Shown here: one piece after another, positions 17,491 to 25,952 of the stretch
Position numbering within the stretch: the first letter of the stretch is position 1
Layout: the number at the start of each line of letters is the position of its first letter
Virus record (IMG/VR): IMGVR_UViG_3300030376_003016
Coordinates: 1-28,630 of that record
Length of the DNA stretch: 28,630 nucleotides
Reading direction: 5' to 3' (one strand)
From: a virus
Taxonomy: Duplodnaviria; Caudoviricetes
Translations under genes and position numbers: made by a program
Notes under the pieces: generated by a model
Seen by the model: only the letters and a program-made list of their open reading frames with translations
Database searches by the model: none
What the model was told of the DNA's origin: nothing

Positions 17491-17930
17491 AAAGAGCAGA
17501 TTACATAACTGATAATTATATTAAAGATGTAGAGCATTACCTTTATAATGACTTACCAATAGATAAGTTTTATGAAGATACTACTACATCAAAGTTTAAT
17601 CAAAAAGTTATAGAAGACCTACTAAACAAAGGAGAGAAGTACACTAGATTAAAGCATGAAAGAGATCATGTAGTACTTACCAGCTTTGGTAGATGTATAA
17701 ACACTCATTTAGTTAAACAGTTCTGTATGAGGATATCAGCCCATACTTTTCATTTATATGTAACAGGTAAGAAGATTAACTTACCAAAAATATTTAAACA
17801 ACAGAAGTGGGAGTATGACTTCAACCAAATAAAGAACAAGTATATAAAAAATAAATGGAAGTATCAAGACACTTCTAAATATAGTTATTATGCAGGTAAA
17901 GCTAAAGAAAAAAGAACTAAGTATAAGTGA
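17460..17930 (+). CDS. Hypothetical basic protein (weak NUMOD4-like motif)
   Basis: 156 aa, Lys/Tyr-rich; VVLTSFGRCIN resembles the NUMOD4 'V/ISNxGRV' motif. Confidence 0.55.
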   Translation: MATKWTKYKVKRADYITDNYIKDVEHYLYNDLPIDKFYEDTTTSKFNQKVIEDLLNKGEKYTRLKHERDHVVLTSFGRCINTHLVKQFCMRISAHTFHLYVTGKKINLPKIFKQQKWEYDFNQIKNKYIKNKWKYQDTSKYSYYAGKAKEKRTKYK

Positions 17931-18024
17931 GGGTTTATTCACTAGTGTAGTTTATATAAAAGGAGAAAATATACCTCTTGAAGTAGGTAGAGAAGTTACT
18001 AAGTTCCTAAAAAACTTTCATTAA
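17890..18024 (+). CDS. 44-aa hypothetical (not in ORF track)
   Basis: MQVKLKKKELSISEGLFTSVVYIKGENIPLEVGREVTKFLKNFH* fills the gap up to the next promoter. Confidence 0.45.
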   Translation: MQVKLKKKELSISEGLFTSVVYIKGENIPLEVGREVTKFLKNFH

Positions 18025-18026
18025 AA

Positions 18027-18058
18027 GTTGGTGTTTCGGTATTTTCTGCCTATCTTAT
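18027..18058 (+). promoter_or_regulatory. Host-type promoter
   Basis: GTTG-N20-TATCTTAT. Confidence 0.7.
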
Positions 18059-18083
18059 ATTATATAACCAAAAAGTATAATAT

Positions 18084-18617
18084 ATGAAAATAGCAATAAG
18101 TGGAGCTCAATCCACTGGTAAGACAACCTTACTAAACTCAATTAAAAAAGACTTTCGAAGAAATGGTATGTTACCAAAGTATACATTCTTTGACGAGTTA
18201 ACAAGAAAGATTCACCAAGAAGGTATAAAGATAAATGAGGATGGAGATGATCTAACTCAACTTCTTACATTAAATGTTCACGTAAATAATATAGTTTATA
18301 ATAACTTTGTCAGTGATAGAAGTATTATAGATGCAGTTTGTTATACACATTACTTATATTCAGAAGATAAGGTAAGTGAATGGGTAATGAGTTATGCAAC
18401 TAATGTAATGAAGCAGATAGTGTTTCTATATGATAGAATTTATTATCTACCGAATGAACTACCGATTAAAGATGATGGGGTAAGGAGTAATGATGAAACG
18501 TTTAGAGACGATATAGTAGAGTTATTTGAATACTATATAGACGAATATAACTTACCAGTAATTAAATTAACAGGTACAGTAGCAGAAAGAACTAACCAAT
18601 TTTATAATACATTATGA
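18084..18617 (+). CDS. AAA_28 / NadR-Ttd14-type P-loop kinase
   Basis: MKIAISGAQSTGKTT Walker A, SDRSIID, YDRIYYLP..DDGVR. Confidence 0.8.
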   Translation: MKIAISGAQSTGKTTLLNSIKKDFRRNGMLPKYTFFDELTRKIHQEGIKINEDGDDLTQLLTLNVHVNNIVYNNFVSDRSIIDAVCYTHYLYSEDKVSEWVMSYATNVMKQIVFLYDRIYYLPNELPIKDDGVRSNDETFRDDIVELFEYYIDEYNLPVIKLTGTVAERTNQFYNTL

Positions 18618-18970
18618 ACATAGATACATTAAAGTACTTCAACGAAGCAAACGAATATTGGACTGAAAAAGGATACAATAAAGCAGATAATTGTGCAGTC
18701 ATCAACTACAAAGATAAGTGTTGGTGTTGGATAAGAGAGAGTAAAGACGATAGTAGTCACGTACATATCAGTAGATTTGTATCAGATGAAAAGAAGCAAG
18801 GTTTAGGTAGTAAAATGATTTATATACTGAAAGATGGATATACTAGTATTTCAGCATGGGTTAAACCAGAGTTATTTTCTTTTTATACTAAACATGGTTT
18901 TAGAGTTCAAGATGATAGTATGGATGATTATGGTTATTATTATTTAACGTATGATAAATTAGGTAGATAA
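18614..18970 (+). CDS. GNAT-family acetyltransferase
   Basis: HISRFVSDEKKQGLGSKMI (motif A) and FYTKHGF (motif B). Confidence 0.75.
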   Translation: MNIDTLKYFNEANEYWTEKGYNKADNCAVINYKDKCWCWIRESKDDSSHVHISRFVSDEKKQGLGSKMIYILKDGYTSISAWVKPELFSFYTKHGFRVQDDSMDDYGYYYLTYDKLGR

Positions 18971-18973
18971 GTT

Positions 18974-19282
18974 ATGAGTTTTACAATTGAAAATTACACA
19001 CAACAGAGAGTAGATGATAAAGGAACATACACAGTAGTACACCCTTATTATCAAGCTATAGCAAATGCACAGCCATCAGCTCAATTATTATTTGATAGAG
19101 CGAAAGATATGCTTGTAAATGATTATGGTTATAATTTTACAAAGGTTAAGTTTGAAGACTTCTTTGGCCATTCAGATGCTTATGCAGATTGGTTATCGGA
19201 CAATAAAGATGAGTTTGATGATGTAGATTATGAGTTATTAACAGCTTTAAGATTCTTAATTGACTATGGATACCGTTCATAA
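18974..19282 (+). CDS. Hypothetical acidic protein
   Basis: 102-aa ORF within the operon. Confidence 0.65.
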   Translation: MSFTIENYTQQRVDDKGTYTVVHPYYQAIANAQPSAQLLFDRAKDMLVNDYGYNFTKVKFEDFFGHSDAYADWLSDNKDEFDDVDYELLTALRFLIDYGYRS

Positions 19283-19781
19283 AATATATTACTATAAAGA
19301 GTATCCTAACAGACCAAATGGGTACGTAGGTGTTAGTGCTAATTTAGATCATAGGCATTATCTTCATTGTTGGTCTAACAAGGTATCACTGTCTTACCCT
19401 ATAGTTCTTGAAAGTTGTGATGATGTATATGAAGCAGAGAGATTAGAGAAGAGATACAAAATTAAGTACAATTGTATAGATAATAGAGATAGCTATACCA
19501 AGACACTAAAGATGCAGAAAACTAGCAATAGTGTTAAAGCTAATAAAAAGAGAAGTAATACTATCAGAAAACTACAAAAAGGAAAGATTAGAGAGAAATT
19601 ACATGATAGTGTTGTTAGAAGAAGAAGACCAATAGTGCAGTTAAAAGATGGTAAGGCAGTAAAGATATGGGAGAGTGCGACTGAATGTCATAATATTACC
19701 GGTATAGGACTTGTATGTATAGGAGCGGTTATGAAAGGTAGACAAAAGACAGCTAAAGGGTATACGTTTGAGTATGTGTAG
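19266..19781 (+). CDS. GIY-YIG-like endonuclease with C-terminal NUMOD1 DNA-binding domain
   Basis: KIYYY..GYVGVSANLDHR..H..E (LEKRY); PIVQLKDGKAVKIWESATEC..G..I..V.KGRQKTAKGYTFEY; probable start ATG 19266. Confidence 0.7.
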   Translation: MDTVHKIYYYKEYPNRPNGYVGVSANLDHRHYLHCWSNKVSLSYPIVLESCDDVYEAERLEKRYKIKYNCIDNRDSYTKTLKMQKTSNSVKANKKRSNTIRKLQKGKIREKLHDSVVRRRRPIVQLKDGKAVKIWESATECHNITGIGLVCIGAVMKGRQKTAKGYTFEYV

Positions 19782-19879
19782 AGAGGTAGTCAAAGAGTTA
19801 TAACTACTATAGCTTCAGTAATAAATACCATATATAGAACAGTAAAAAGACAGGTAGGTAACTTCTTATCTCTCCCTTA

Positions 19880-19890
19880 CTATTTATATA
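19880..19890 (+). promoter_or_regulatory. CTATTTATATA motif, putative late promoter for terminase genes
   Basis: Same motif family, 34 nt before ATG 19914. Confidence 0.5.
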
Positions 19891-19913
19891 ATGATAATAT
19901 AATAGGTTAAACA

Positions 19914-20294
19914 ATGGCAGGACAACGATTGACAGAGAAGGAAACAAAGGATAGAGTAATGGAAGCTTACAAGTATAGGTATGAAGCTGATAAACCAATA
20001 AGACAAGAAGATTGGGTTCGAATGTGTCACACACTATATGGCGATAAATCAGAACAGCAATACTGCCAATACTTTACTGCAGCTAGGGATGTTTGGGAGA
20101 ATGGTTTACAAAACAAATTAGAACAAATGCTTGAACCAGCAGCCAATCAATTAAGGTTACTACTTAATGATGACTCACCTGCCATTAGACAAAGAGCTAT
20201 AGATCAGATAATGAAGTATACCGGAAGAGATATAGAACGTAAGCTTATTAAAGCAGAAATACAAAACATTACAATAGGGTTCCAGGAGGAGTAA
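19914..20294 (+). CDS. terS: Probable terminase small subunit
   Basis: 126-aa helical protein upstream of TerL with a beta-like C-terminal tail (IQNITIGFQEE); mainly positional. Confidence 0.5.
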   Translation: MAGQRLTEKETKDRVMEAYKYRYEADKPIRQEDWVRMCHTLYGDKSEQQYCQYFTAARDVWENGLQNKLEQMLEPAANQLRLLLNDDSPAIRQRAIDQIMKYTGRDIERKLIKAEIQNITIGFQEE

Positions 20295-20602
20295 GTATAA
20301 GAAAAACTTATAGTTATACCCCTCACTCCTTTCAGTCGTTCGGGTTACCGGGGGTAATAAACCGTAATAGTCTTCCTAATATAAAATAAAGATAGAATAA
20401 AATTGACAAGTTACAAACTTATTTTAAAGAAAGTTTTTTTACTTTGTAAGGTAGTGGTATCTAAGGTAAAAAGTACCTATCTTGACTATAACTATACTTG
20501 TGGCTATTTACCCGTAGGAGTTACGCTAGGTTTAGTTGTGTCCTTAGGGAAAAGTTACTATCTTGGCTTAGACTATGGTCTAGTCAATAACACCGGTAAA
20601 GA

Positions 20603-21850
20603 ATGAACATACAATTATTTAAGCCTTATAAGAGGCAGAAGCAGTTTATAGATAGGTATGCTGATACTGATGATCTATTTGGAGTCATTAGTTCACCCAG
20701 AGGTTCAGGTAAGTCATTACTGTCAATGAATCTAATGCTGTATTGGTTATTACAGAAACCTAAACGTAAAGGAGGTTATATAACACCGGTATATGGTCAA
20801 GGTAAATCTATAATGGATCAAATAGTGGCTACATCAGAGGGTGTTATAACAGCTTCAAATAGAATGGAAGGTACTATTACATTTATGAACGGTAGTACAT
20901 TAAAGTTCTTAAGTTCAGATAATCCTGACAACATAAGAGGTTTTAGGTTTACTCATTTAATAATAGATGAAGCAGCCTTTATAAAAGAACATGCATTAAA
21001 TACTGCTATCTTACCTACATTAAACCCTAACGGTAAGAAGTGTCTGATGGTATCAACACCTAAAGGTAAGAACTTCTTTCATAATTGGTACAATAAAGAA
21101 GGAGTAGTTTCGATGAAGTTCCCACTTACTGACTGTCCATACATCAATCCTATCTTGATAGATGAAGCTAGAAAGAGTTTACCTCCTGACATTTTTAAAC
21201 AAGAGTTTGAAGCAGAGTTTGTTGATTCGGCAAATGACGTGTTTGTGGGTGTAGAGAAGTGTGCAACTGTAACAAACTTTGACTCCGTCTCATCCAAAGA
21301 AGTCTATGTTGGTATAGATACCGGCCTGTCGGACGATAAATCGGTTTTAACAATAATTGATACCGTTGGGAGAGTCATGAACGTACTATCAGACAACCAC
21401 AATAACATTGTAACAATAGCCGATAAATTTGTATCTGCCTTGAGTAGATATAGAGTGATAGGTGGTTATATAGAAGTAAATGGTATCGGCCGTGCGATGT
21501 ATGATTTGATACAACCAAAGTCTCCTCGTATCCGTCCATTTAATACCACCCAGGATAACAAAACAGAGATGGTTAGAAAATTAATTCATGATATAGAGAC
21601 TATGTCGATTGAATTACCTTCAAGAGAGTTACTGCCTCAGTTACATAAAGAGTTTTCTACCTATACCTATAAACTATCTCAGACTGGAAAGCTGTCGTTT
21701 ACCCATTCCACTGGACAAAAAGATGATCATATTGATTCATTGATGCTTGCCAATTATTCACGTAATCAATTCATTAAACGTAATAAAATAAATGTTCAAC
21801 CACCATATGTAAGAGAGTATAAAAAACCGTTTAATGTATTACCTAAGTAG
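20603..21850 (+). CDS. terL: Terminase large subunit
   Basis: Q motif (PYKRQ), Walker A SPRGSGKS, Walker B LIIDEAAF, VSTPKG, FKQEFEAEF, nuclease VGIDTG and DDHIDSL. Confidence 0.95.
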   Translation: MNIQLFKPYKRQKQFIDRYADTDDLFGVISSPRGSGKSLLSMNLMLYWLLQKPKRKGGYITPVYGQGKSIMDQIVATSEGVITASNRMEGTITFMNGSTLKFLSSDNPDNIRGFRFTHLIIDEAAFIKEHALNTAILPTLNPNGKKCLMVSTPKGKNFFHNWYNKEGVVSMKFPLTDCPYINPILIDEARKSLPPDIFKQEFEAEFVDSANDVFVGVEKCATVTNFDSVSSKEVYVGIDTGLSDDKSVLTIIDTVGRVMNVLSDNHNNIVTIADKFVSALSRYRVIGGYIEVNGIGRAMYDLIQPKSPRIRPFNTTQDNKTEMVRKLIHDIETMSIELPSRELLPQLHKEFSTYTYKLSQTGKLSFTHSTGQKDDHIDSLMLANYSRNQFIKRNKINVQPPYVREYKKPFNVLPK

Positions 21851-22382
21851 TATAAGCCCATAAAAACCCTCCTGCATGGTTTCTTTTAGGTCTTTGTCTA
21901 ATATAAGCACATATATTATCAGGTTTAACTCCAGTCTGCCGTGATGCTTCATTTAACGAATAAAAAGTATTGATTACATTACCTTGAAGATCCATCTGTA
22001 TAGTGGGTTTTTCAAAATGCTTTAATCTTCTACCTTTCATAGTCTTAGAGTGAGCTTTAGCTTGTTTAGCTCTTGCCTCTTTAGTGTAAGCAGCAGCATT
22101 ATAACCTCCTCTAGCATTATTGGTAATGTTATAGTAGTTAGGGTTGTTTACTGCATCTAATTCATGTAAAATGAATTCTTCTAATTCTCTATAATCTGGA
22201 CCGTAATAAAGTGCTTCTTTAGAAAAATTTGATCTTCCGTTTCTCTTTATAGCTTGATTAATAACTATACCTCCTCCATAATACCACTTAAACAGTCTAG
22301 GAGTACGTACGGTACTACCTACATACATTTTACCATTAAGGTTATTGGTTAACTTATAAACAAATCCATTTCTTTTACTCAT
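21843..22382 (-). CDS. Seg-like GIY-YIG homing endonuclease with NUMOD domains
   Basis: GFVYKLTNNLNGKMYVGS..YYGGG..AIK..GRSNFSKE..E..YYNI; C-terminal IQMDLQGNVINTFYSLNEASRQTG..AGGFLWAY (NUMOD1). Confidence 0.85.
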   Translation of the reverse strand: MSKRNGFVYKLTNNLNGKMYVGSTVRTPRLFKWYYGGGIVINQAIKRNGRSNFSKEALYYGPDYRELEEFILHELDAVNNPNYYNITNNARGGYNAAAYTKEARAKQAKAHSKTMKGRRLKHFEKPTIQMDLQGNVINTFYSLNEASRQTGVKPDNICAYIRQRPKRNHAGGFLWAYTT

Positions 22383-22413
22383 ATATTCGCGTGCCTACTT
22401 TACTTGACTAAAT

Positions 22414-22464
22414 AAAAAAAGCACCTGCCTTTCGATGATCAATCTACCGGGTTATCAGATGCTT
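22414..22464 (-). terminator. Terminator-like hairpin with 28-nt loop
   Basis: Minus strand AAGCATCTG-N28-CAGGTGCTT followed by TTTTT. Confidence 0.55.
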
Positions 22465-22476
22465 GTAAGGTTTGTT

Positions 22477-22680
22477 TTACTTTTGTTGATTCAGTTTGTT
22501 ATTCTCAATAGAGTTCATCTTAATCAAACTACTAGCAATAGATCCAAAGATCTCAGCATAACTCCAATTACTAAAGTCATCTTTTCTGTTAAGAGAGTCG
22601 TTTAGTTGTTCTATATTAAAGTTAAGGTTATCTAATTGGTTAGTTAACTTTTGTACTGTTTCATTACTTAATTTTTCCAT
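22477..22680 (-). CDS. Hypothetical 67-aa coiled-coil protein
   Basis: True start is likely ATG at 22680 (MEKLSNETVQKL), because the longer ORF start lies inside the promoter. Confidence 0.65.
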   Translation of the reverse strand: MEKLSNETVQKLTNQLDNLNFNIEQLNDSLNRKDDFSNWSYAEIFGSIASSLIKMNSIENNKLNQQK

Positions 22681-22718
22681 TATTATTATTATTTTATTAT
22701 TATTAAACTTATATACTA

Positions 22719-22750
22719 TAAAGATAAGAACTTTTAATCGATTTACCAAC
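22719..22750 (-). promoter_or_regulatory. Host-type promoter
   Basis: Minus strand GTTG-N20-TATCTTTA. Confidence 0.75.
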
Positions 22751-22796
22751 TATTTTAACAGTTATTTTTTAGGTGTAACTTCCCGACTTCACTAAA

Positions 22797-22806
22797 CTAT
22801 TTATAA
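22797..22806 (+). promoter_or_regulatory. CTATTTATAA motif, putative late promoter
   Basis: Starts 13 nt before ATG 22810. Confidence 0.6.
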
Positions 22807-22809
22807 AAT

Positions 22810-23547
22810 ATGAAGAAAAAATTTAATATACATTTACCAGAGTACATTACAGTAGACATGTATGAGAAGATACAATCGTTTGAAGGTAAAGATTTATCTA
22901 AAAATATAAACCTAATAGCTACACTTATTGGTATACCCTATAAAGATGTAATACAATACCCAATACAGTTAATAAAAGAAGTAGCTAAAGATCTACAAAA
23001 CCTTACTCTACCAAAAGAGCAATTTAGTACCCTTATTGAATACAACGGTGTAACATACGGATACTCAGATATACATTCTATGAATCTGGGATGTTTTATA
23101 GATTTACAGGAATATGCAAAAGATACTACCGGCAATCTACATAAGATAGCAGCTATACTTTATAGACCTATAACTAAAAATAGATTTAACTCTCTAGAGT
23201 TTGTTACCAAACAAGGTATAAAAATAGGAAGTCAGAAAGGTATTGAAAATCCTTTCGATTACTATGAAATAGAAGAGTATGATTCTACCTCTATAAAAGA
23301 TAGATGGGAAGAAATGAAAGATTTCCCTTCACACATACTACTTGGTGCATTAGGTTTTTTTTTGTCAACCGCAAGTCTTTATTTAACAAATATAGCTTAT
23401 TCGGAGAGCAAGTTGACGAAGAGGAGGAAGAAAAAAATAGATTCGTTGATGATGGACTCGCTTTCACATCTCACTGGGGGTGGTGGGCAACCATATTCAA
23501 TCTATCTGAATCCGGTATCCTTTCAATCACCGGGGATACAAGTATAA
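22810..23547 (+). CDS. Tail assembly chaperone (gpG-like, unshifted product)
   Basis: YG...I.SMNLGCFIDL..Y..NLHKIAAILYRPI..Y.IEEY..MKDFP..LGALGFF, followed by a slippery T9. Confidence 0.7.
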   Translation: MKKKFNIHLPEYITVDMYEKIQSFEGKDLSKNINLIATLIGIPYKDVIQYPIQLIKEVAKDLQNLTLPKEQFSTLIEYNGVTYGYSDIHSMNLGCFIDLQEYAKDTTGNLHKIAAILYRPITKNRFNSLEFVTKQGIKIGSQKGIENPFDYYEIEEYDSTSIKDRWEEMKDFPSHILLGALGFFLSTASLYLTNIAYSESKLTKRRKKKIDSLMMDSLSHLTGGGGQPYSIYLNPVSFQSPGIQV

Positions 23548-23657
23548 CAGACGTTAACTTTATTACGGTGCTAAACTATTTAGAAATACAAAAAGACGTC
23601 CAAGAAATAAGAGATAAAAAAGAAAGGATAGCAATGTCCAGACAAAAAATTAGATAA
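22810..23657 (+). CDS. Tail assembly chaperone gpGT-like -1 frameshift product (~282 aa)
   Basis: T TTT TTT at 23355-23363 shifts into the frame of ORF 23304..23657 (FFVNRKSLFNKYSLFGE..HWGWWATIFNLS..VLNYLEIQKD). Confidence 0.75.
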
Positions 23658-23658
23658 T

Positions 23659-23874
23659 ATGGCAAAAAAGAAAAAAAATCCAATGGAGTCAAGAAATGAA
23701 GAACTAGTCTCTAACATAAAAGAAATGACAGATGGTATAACATTACCAGTCAAAGAAGAAATAGAGAGAGAGATGATCTTAGACTTAAGAGCGAAAGGGT
23801 TTGATACGAATCGTATTGCAGCAAGACTAGAGATACAAAAAGATATAGTAGAAAAAATATTAAATCAAGAATAA
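23659..23874 (+). CDS. Small helix-turn-helix protein
   Basis: ILDLRAKGFDTNRIAARLEIQKDIVEKIL HTH pattern. Confidence 0.6.
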   Translation: MAKKKKNPMESRNEELVSNIKEMTDGITLPVKEEIEREMILDLRAKGFDTNRIAARLEIQKDIVEKILNQE

Positions 23875-24032
23875 TGGAAATAATTATTATAGTACTTGTA
23901 ATAGGTTTATCAGTATACTTATTTATGAAAAATAAAAAAGATACTAAAATTATCAAACCTAAAAAGAAGTCTAGTAAAAAAAGATCTAGAAGCCAAGTAA
24001 GTGCTAAAAGAGAAGTTAACAACGACAAGTAA
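23874..24032 (+). CDS. 52-aa membrane-anchored, highly basic protein (not in ORF track)
   Basis: MEIIIIVLVIGLSVYLFMKNKKDTKIIKPKKKSSKKRSRSQVSAKREVNNDK*; TAATG-coupled at both ends. Confidence 0.75.
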   Translation: MEIIIIVLVIGLSVYLFMKNKKDTKIIKPKKKSSKKRSRSQVSAKREVNNDK

Positions 24033-24505
24033 TGGCACTATACTCACCCAATCGTCTACATAATCTAACCTATCAAGAGATAATCAATCAGTTTTCTGAT
24101 GCATGTACTGCTCATGAAGCTATAAATTCTTTTGATACTGGTACTATAGATTTTTTAGATGCCAATGCAGTAAATAAGAAATACCCTTATGTCTATTTAA
24201 GACCAATTATTAGTCAGGGTGTGGTAGATAAGATGAGAGGTTTAACATTTGAATTATATTCAATGGATGTACCTAAACTATCAGATGAATCTCCAGTAGA
24301 AATATTATCTAACACTGAGATGTATATCTATGACTTAATATCATATTTTGTTCAAGGGCCAGCTAACAGACAACAAATATATAACATCGACATGACTGCT
24401 TTAACACCGGTCAATGAGGCGTTTCAAGATAGAGTATTTGGTTGGGTAGCTAATATAGACGTATTAACTCCATGGAAATGGGACTATTGTGATTTTCCTT
24501 CCTAA
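24032..24505 (+). CDS. Tail terminator/completion protein (probable)
   Basis: H..INSFDTG..KYPYVYL..FELYSMD..ILSNT..DLI..P..E.FQDRVFGW; position in tail cluster. Confidence 0.6.
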   Translation: MALYSPNRLHNLTYQEIINQFSDACTAHEAINSFDTGTIDFLDANAVNKKYPYVYLRPIISQGVVDKMRGLTFELYSMDVPKLSDESPVEILSNTEMYIYDLISYFVQGPANRQQIYNIDMTALTPVNEAFQDRVFGWVANIDVLTPWKWDYCDFPS

Positions 24506-24849
24506 TGAGTCTACAAAAAGGAATACAGAGATTTGCTAAGAAGTGGGTACAAAACATGCGTGAAATTGTACCTGTTAGGACTGGGCAGTTAAAAAGTTCT
24601 ATAAAGTCTATAGATCGTCCTGATCCAATCATACAAATGAAAGGCTATGGACAATTTGTAAATAGTGGACACCGTGCAATTGGTAAAAAAGGTACAAAAG
24701 TACCTCCTAATCCAGAACCAGATGGATTCATAGACCCATCTTTTGATACAACAGTAAGGGAAATGGGAGAAGAATTACCAGATGAAGTTTTTGCACAAGT
24801 TACAGATGAAATGAATAAAGTATTTAAAAAATATAGAATTATAGGATAA
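24505..24849 (+). CDS. HK97 gp10-like neck/tail completion protein
   Basis: VPVRTGQLKSSI..YGQFVNSG..P..FIDPS. Confidence 0.7.
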   Translation: MSLQKGIQRFAKKWVQNMREIVPVRTGQLKSSIKSIDRPDPIIQMKGYGQFVNSGHRAIGKKGTKVPPNPEPDGFIDPSFDTTVREMGEELPDEVFAQVTDEMNKVFKKYRIIG

Positions 24850-25952
24850 TGGCTTACACAATAAAATCACAACCAACATCACCTAATGCTACTTACACTA
24901 GTTTAATTTACAACGTTAGTAGTAGTAATGCTCTTAACCCTCAATACAATTACATAATGGATGTTTATCCATCAGGTAGTGCTGATAGATTAGCTCGTAT
25001 TAGACAATTTCCTAATCCAGTAAACGAAGCAGTTTTTGATCCATCTAGAATCTTTAACGATAACCTCCAGTATTTAAAAGACTTTAGCGATCCAGGTTAC
25101 AGTCTTAATAATACTCAACACGTAAGAACGTTTAGTGTAGAGTTTGGAGAGGAGTATGGTACTTCATCTTCGTCTAGTTTAGCTGTTACTGCTTCTATTG
25201 CACAAGACTTTATAGAAGTATTTCCAGGACAAATAGACCCTAATAATGGTACTAGTTTTAACTGGCCTGATAGTGGTTCTTCTATATTTTTAACTGATAG
25301 ACCATCTGGTGTTAAAGAGTATGTAGGTGCTCGATATAGAATGCCTTTTTACAATGGATCTGGTTCATTTGTGCTTGCAACTGCTCAAGTAGATGGAGGG
25401 AGTCCAACTACACTTGGTATATCAGCTAATCAATTTTTCTCTTCAGGTGCATGGATAAACCCTATTGATGGTCAAACTTTAACTTATACCTACAACGGTG
25501 TAACAAACAGTAGAACGTTTGAAGATGCTTGTAATTACCCTGTATATAACTTTATGTTTATTAACAAATACGGGATGTATGAAAACTTCTCAACTGCTTT
25601 ACCTGTAAGAGGTAACACAAGTGTTGATAAACAAAACTATAATCAGTCTTTTGTAGATTATTCTAACCAAGGTGCTTATGATGTCAAAAGAAGAGGAGAA
25701 ACAAACTATAATAATAACTTAACTGATAATTTAACTATATCTACTGATTGGTTAAGTAAAGATGAAGCAGTGTGGTTAACACAAATGATAGAATCTGATT
25801 CTGTGTTTGTAGCTGTATCACCAGACAACACAGTTTTTAAACCTATTGTCATAACTAATGCTTCTTATGTACAGAATACAGGTAGAAAAGATCAAAAAAC
25901 GTTTATGTATGATATAACGTTTAGATATGCAAACCAAAGAAACGGTAGATAA
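24849..25952 (+). CDS. Minor tail (distal tail/baseplate) protein
   Basis: [43 protein letters not shown]-terminal pattern. Confidence 0.6.
   Translation: MAYTIKSQPTSPNATYTSLIYNVSSSNALNPQYNYIMDVYPSGSADRLARIRQFPNPVNEAVFDPSRIFNDNLQYLKDFSDPGYSLNNTQHVRTFSVEFGEEYGTSSSSSLAVTASIAQDFIEVFPGQIDPNNGTSFNWPDSGSSIFLTDRPSGVKEYVGARYRMPFYNGSGSFVLATAQVDGGSPTTLGISANQFFSSGAWINPIDGQTLTYTYNGVTNSRTFEDACNYPVYNFMFINKYGMYENFSTALPVRGNTSVDKQNYNQSFVDYSNQGAYDVKRRGETNYNNNLTDNLTISTDWLSKDEAVWLTQMIESDSVFVAVSPDNTVFKPIVITNASYVQNTGRKDQKTFMYDITFRYANQRNGR

Noticed and set aside
20403-20606. 67-aa ORF before terL
   Set aside because: TTG start and unusual composition with no motif; not called, though its ATGA overlap with terL means it cannot be excluded
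22425-22458. Hammerhead ribozyme (minus strand CTGATAA...CGAAA)
   Set aside because: The core should be CUGAnGA, and stem II cannot be formed
23304-23657. Independent gene starting at ATG 23304
   Set aside because: Better explained as the -1 frameshift extension of the chaperone
19807-24632. Shadow ORFs 19807-, 21079-, 22938-, 23750-, 24450-
   Set aside because: Antisense to supported genes; 23750- is the mirror of two real plus-strand ORFs
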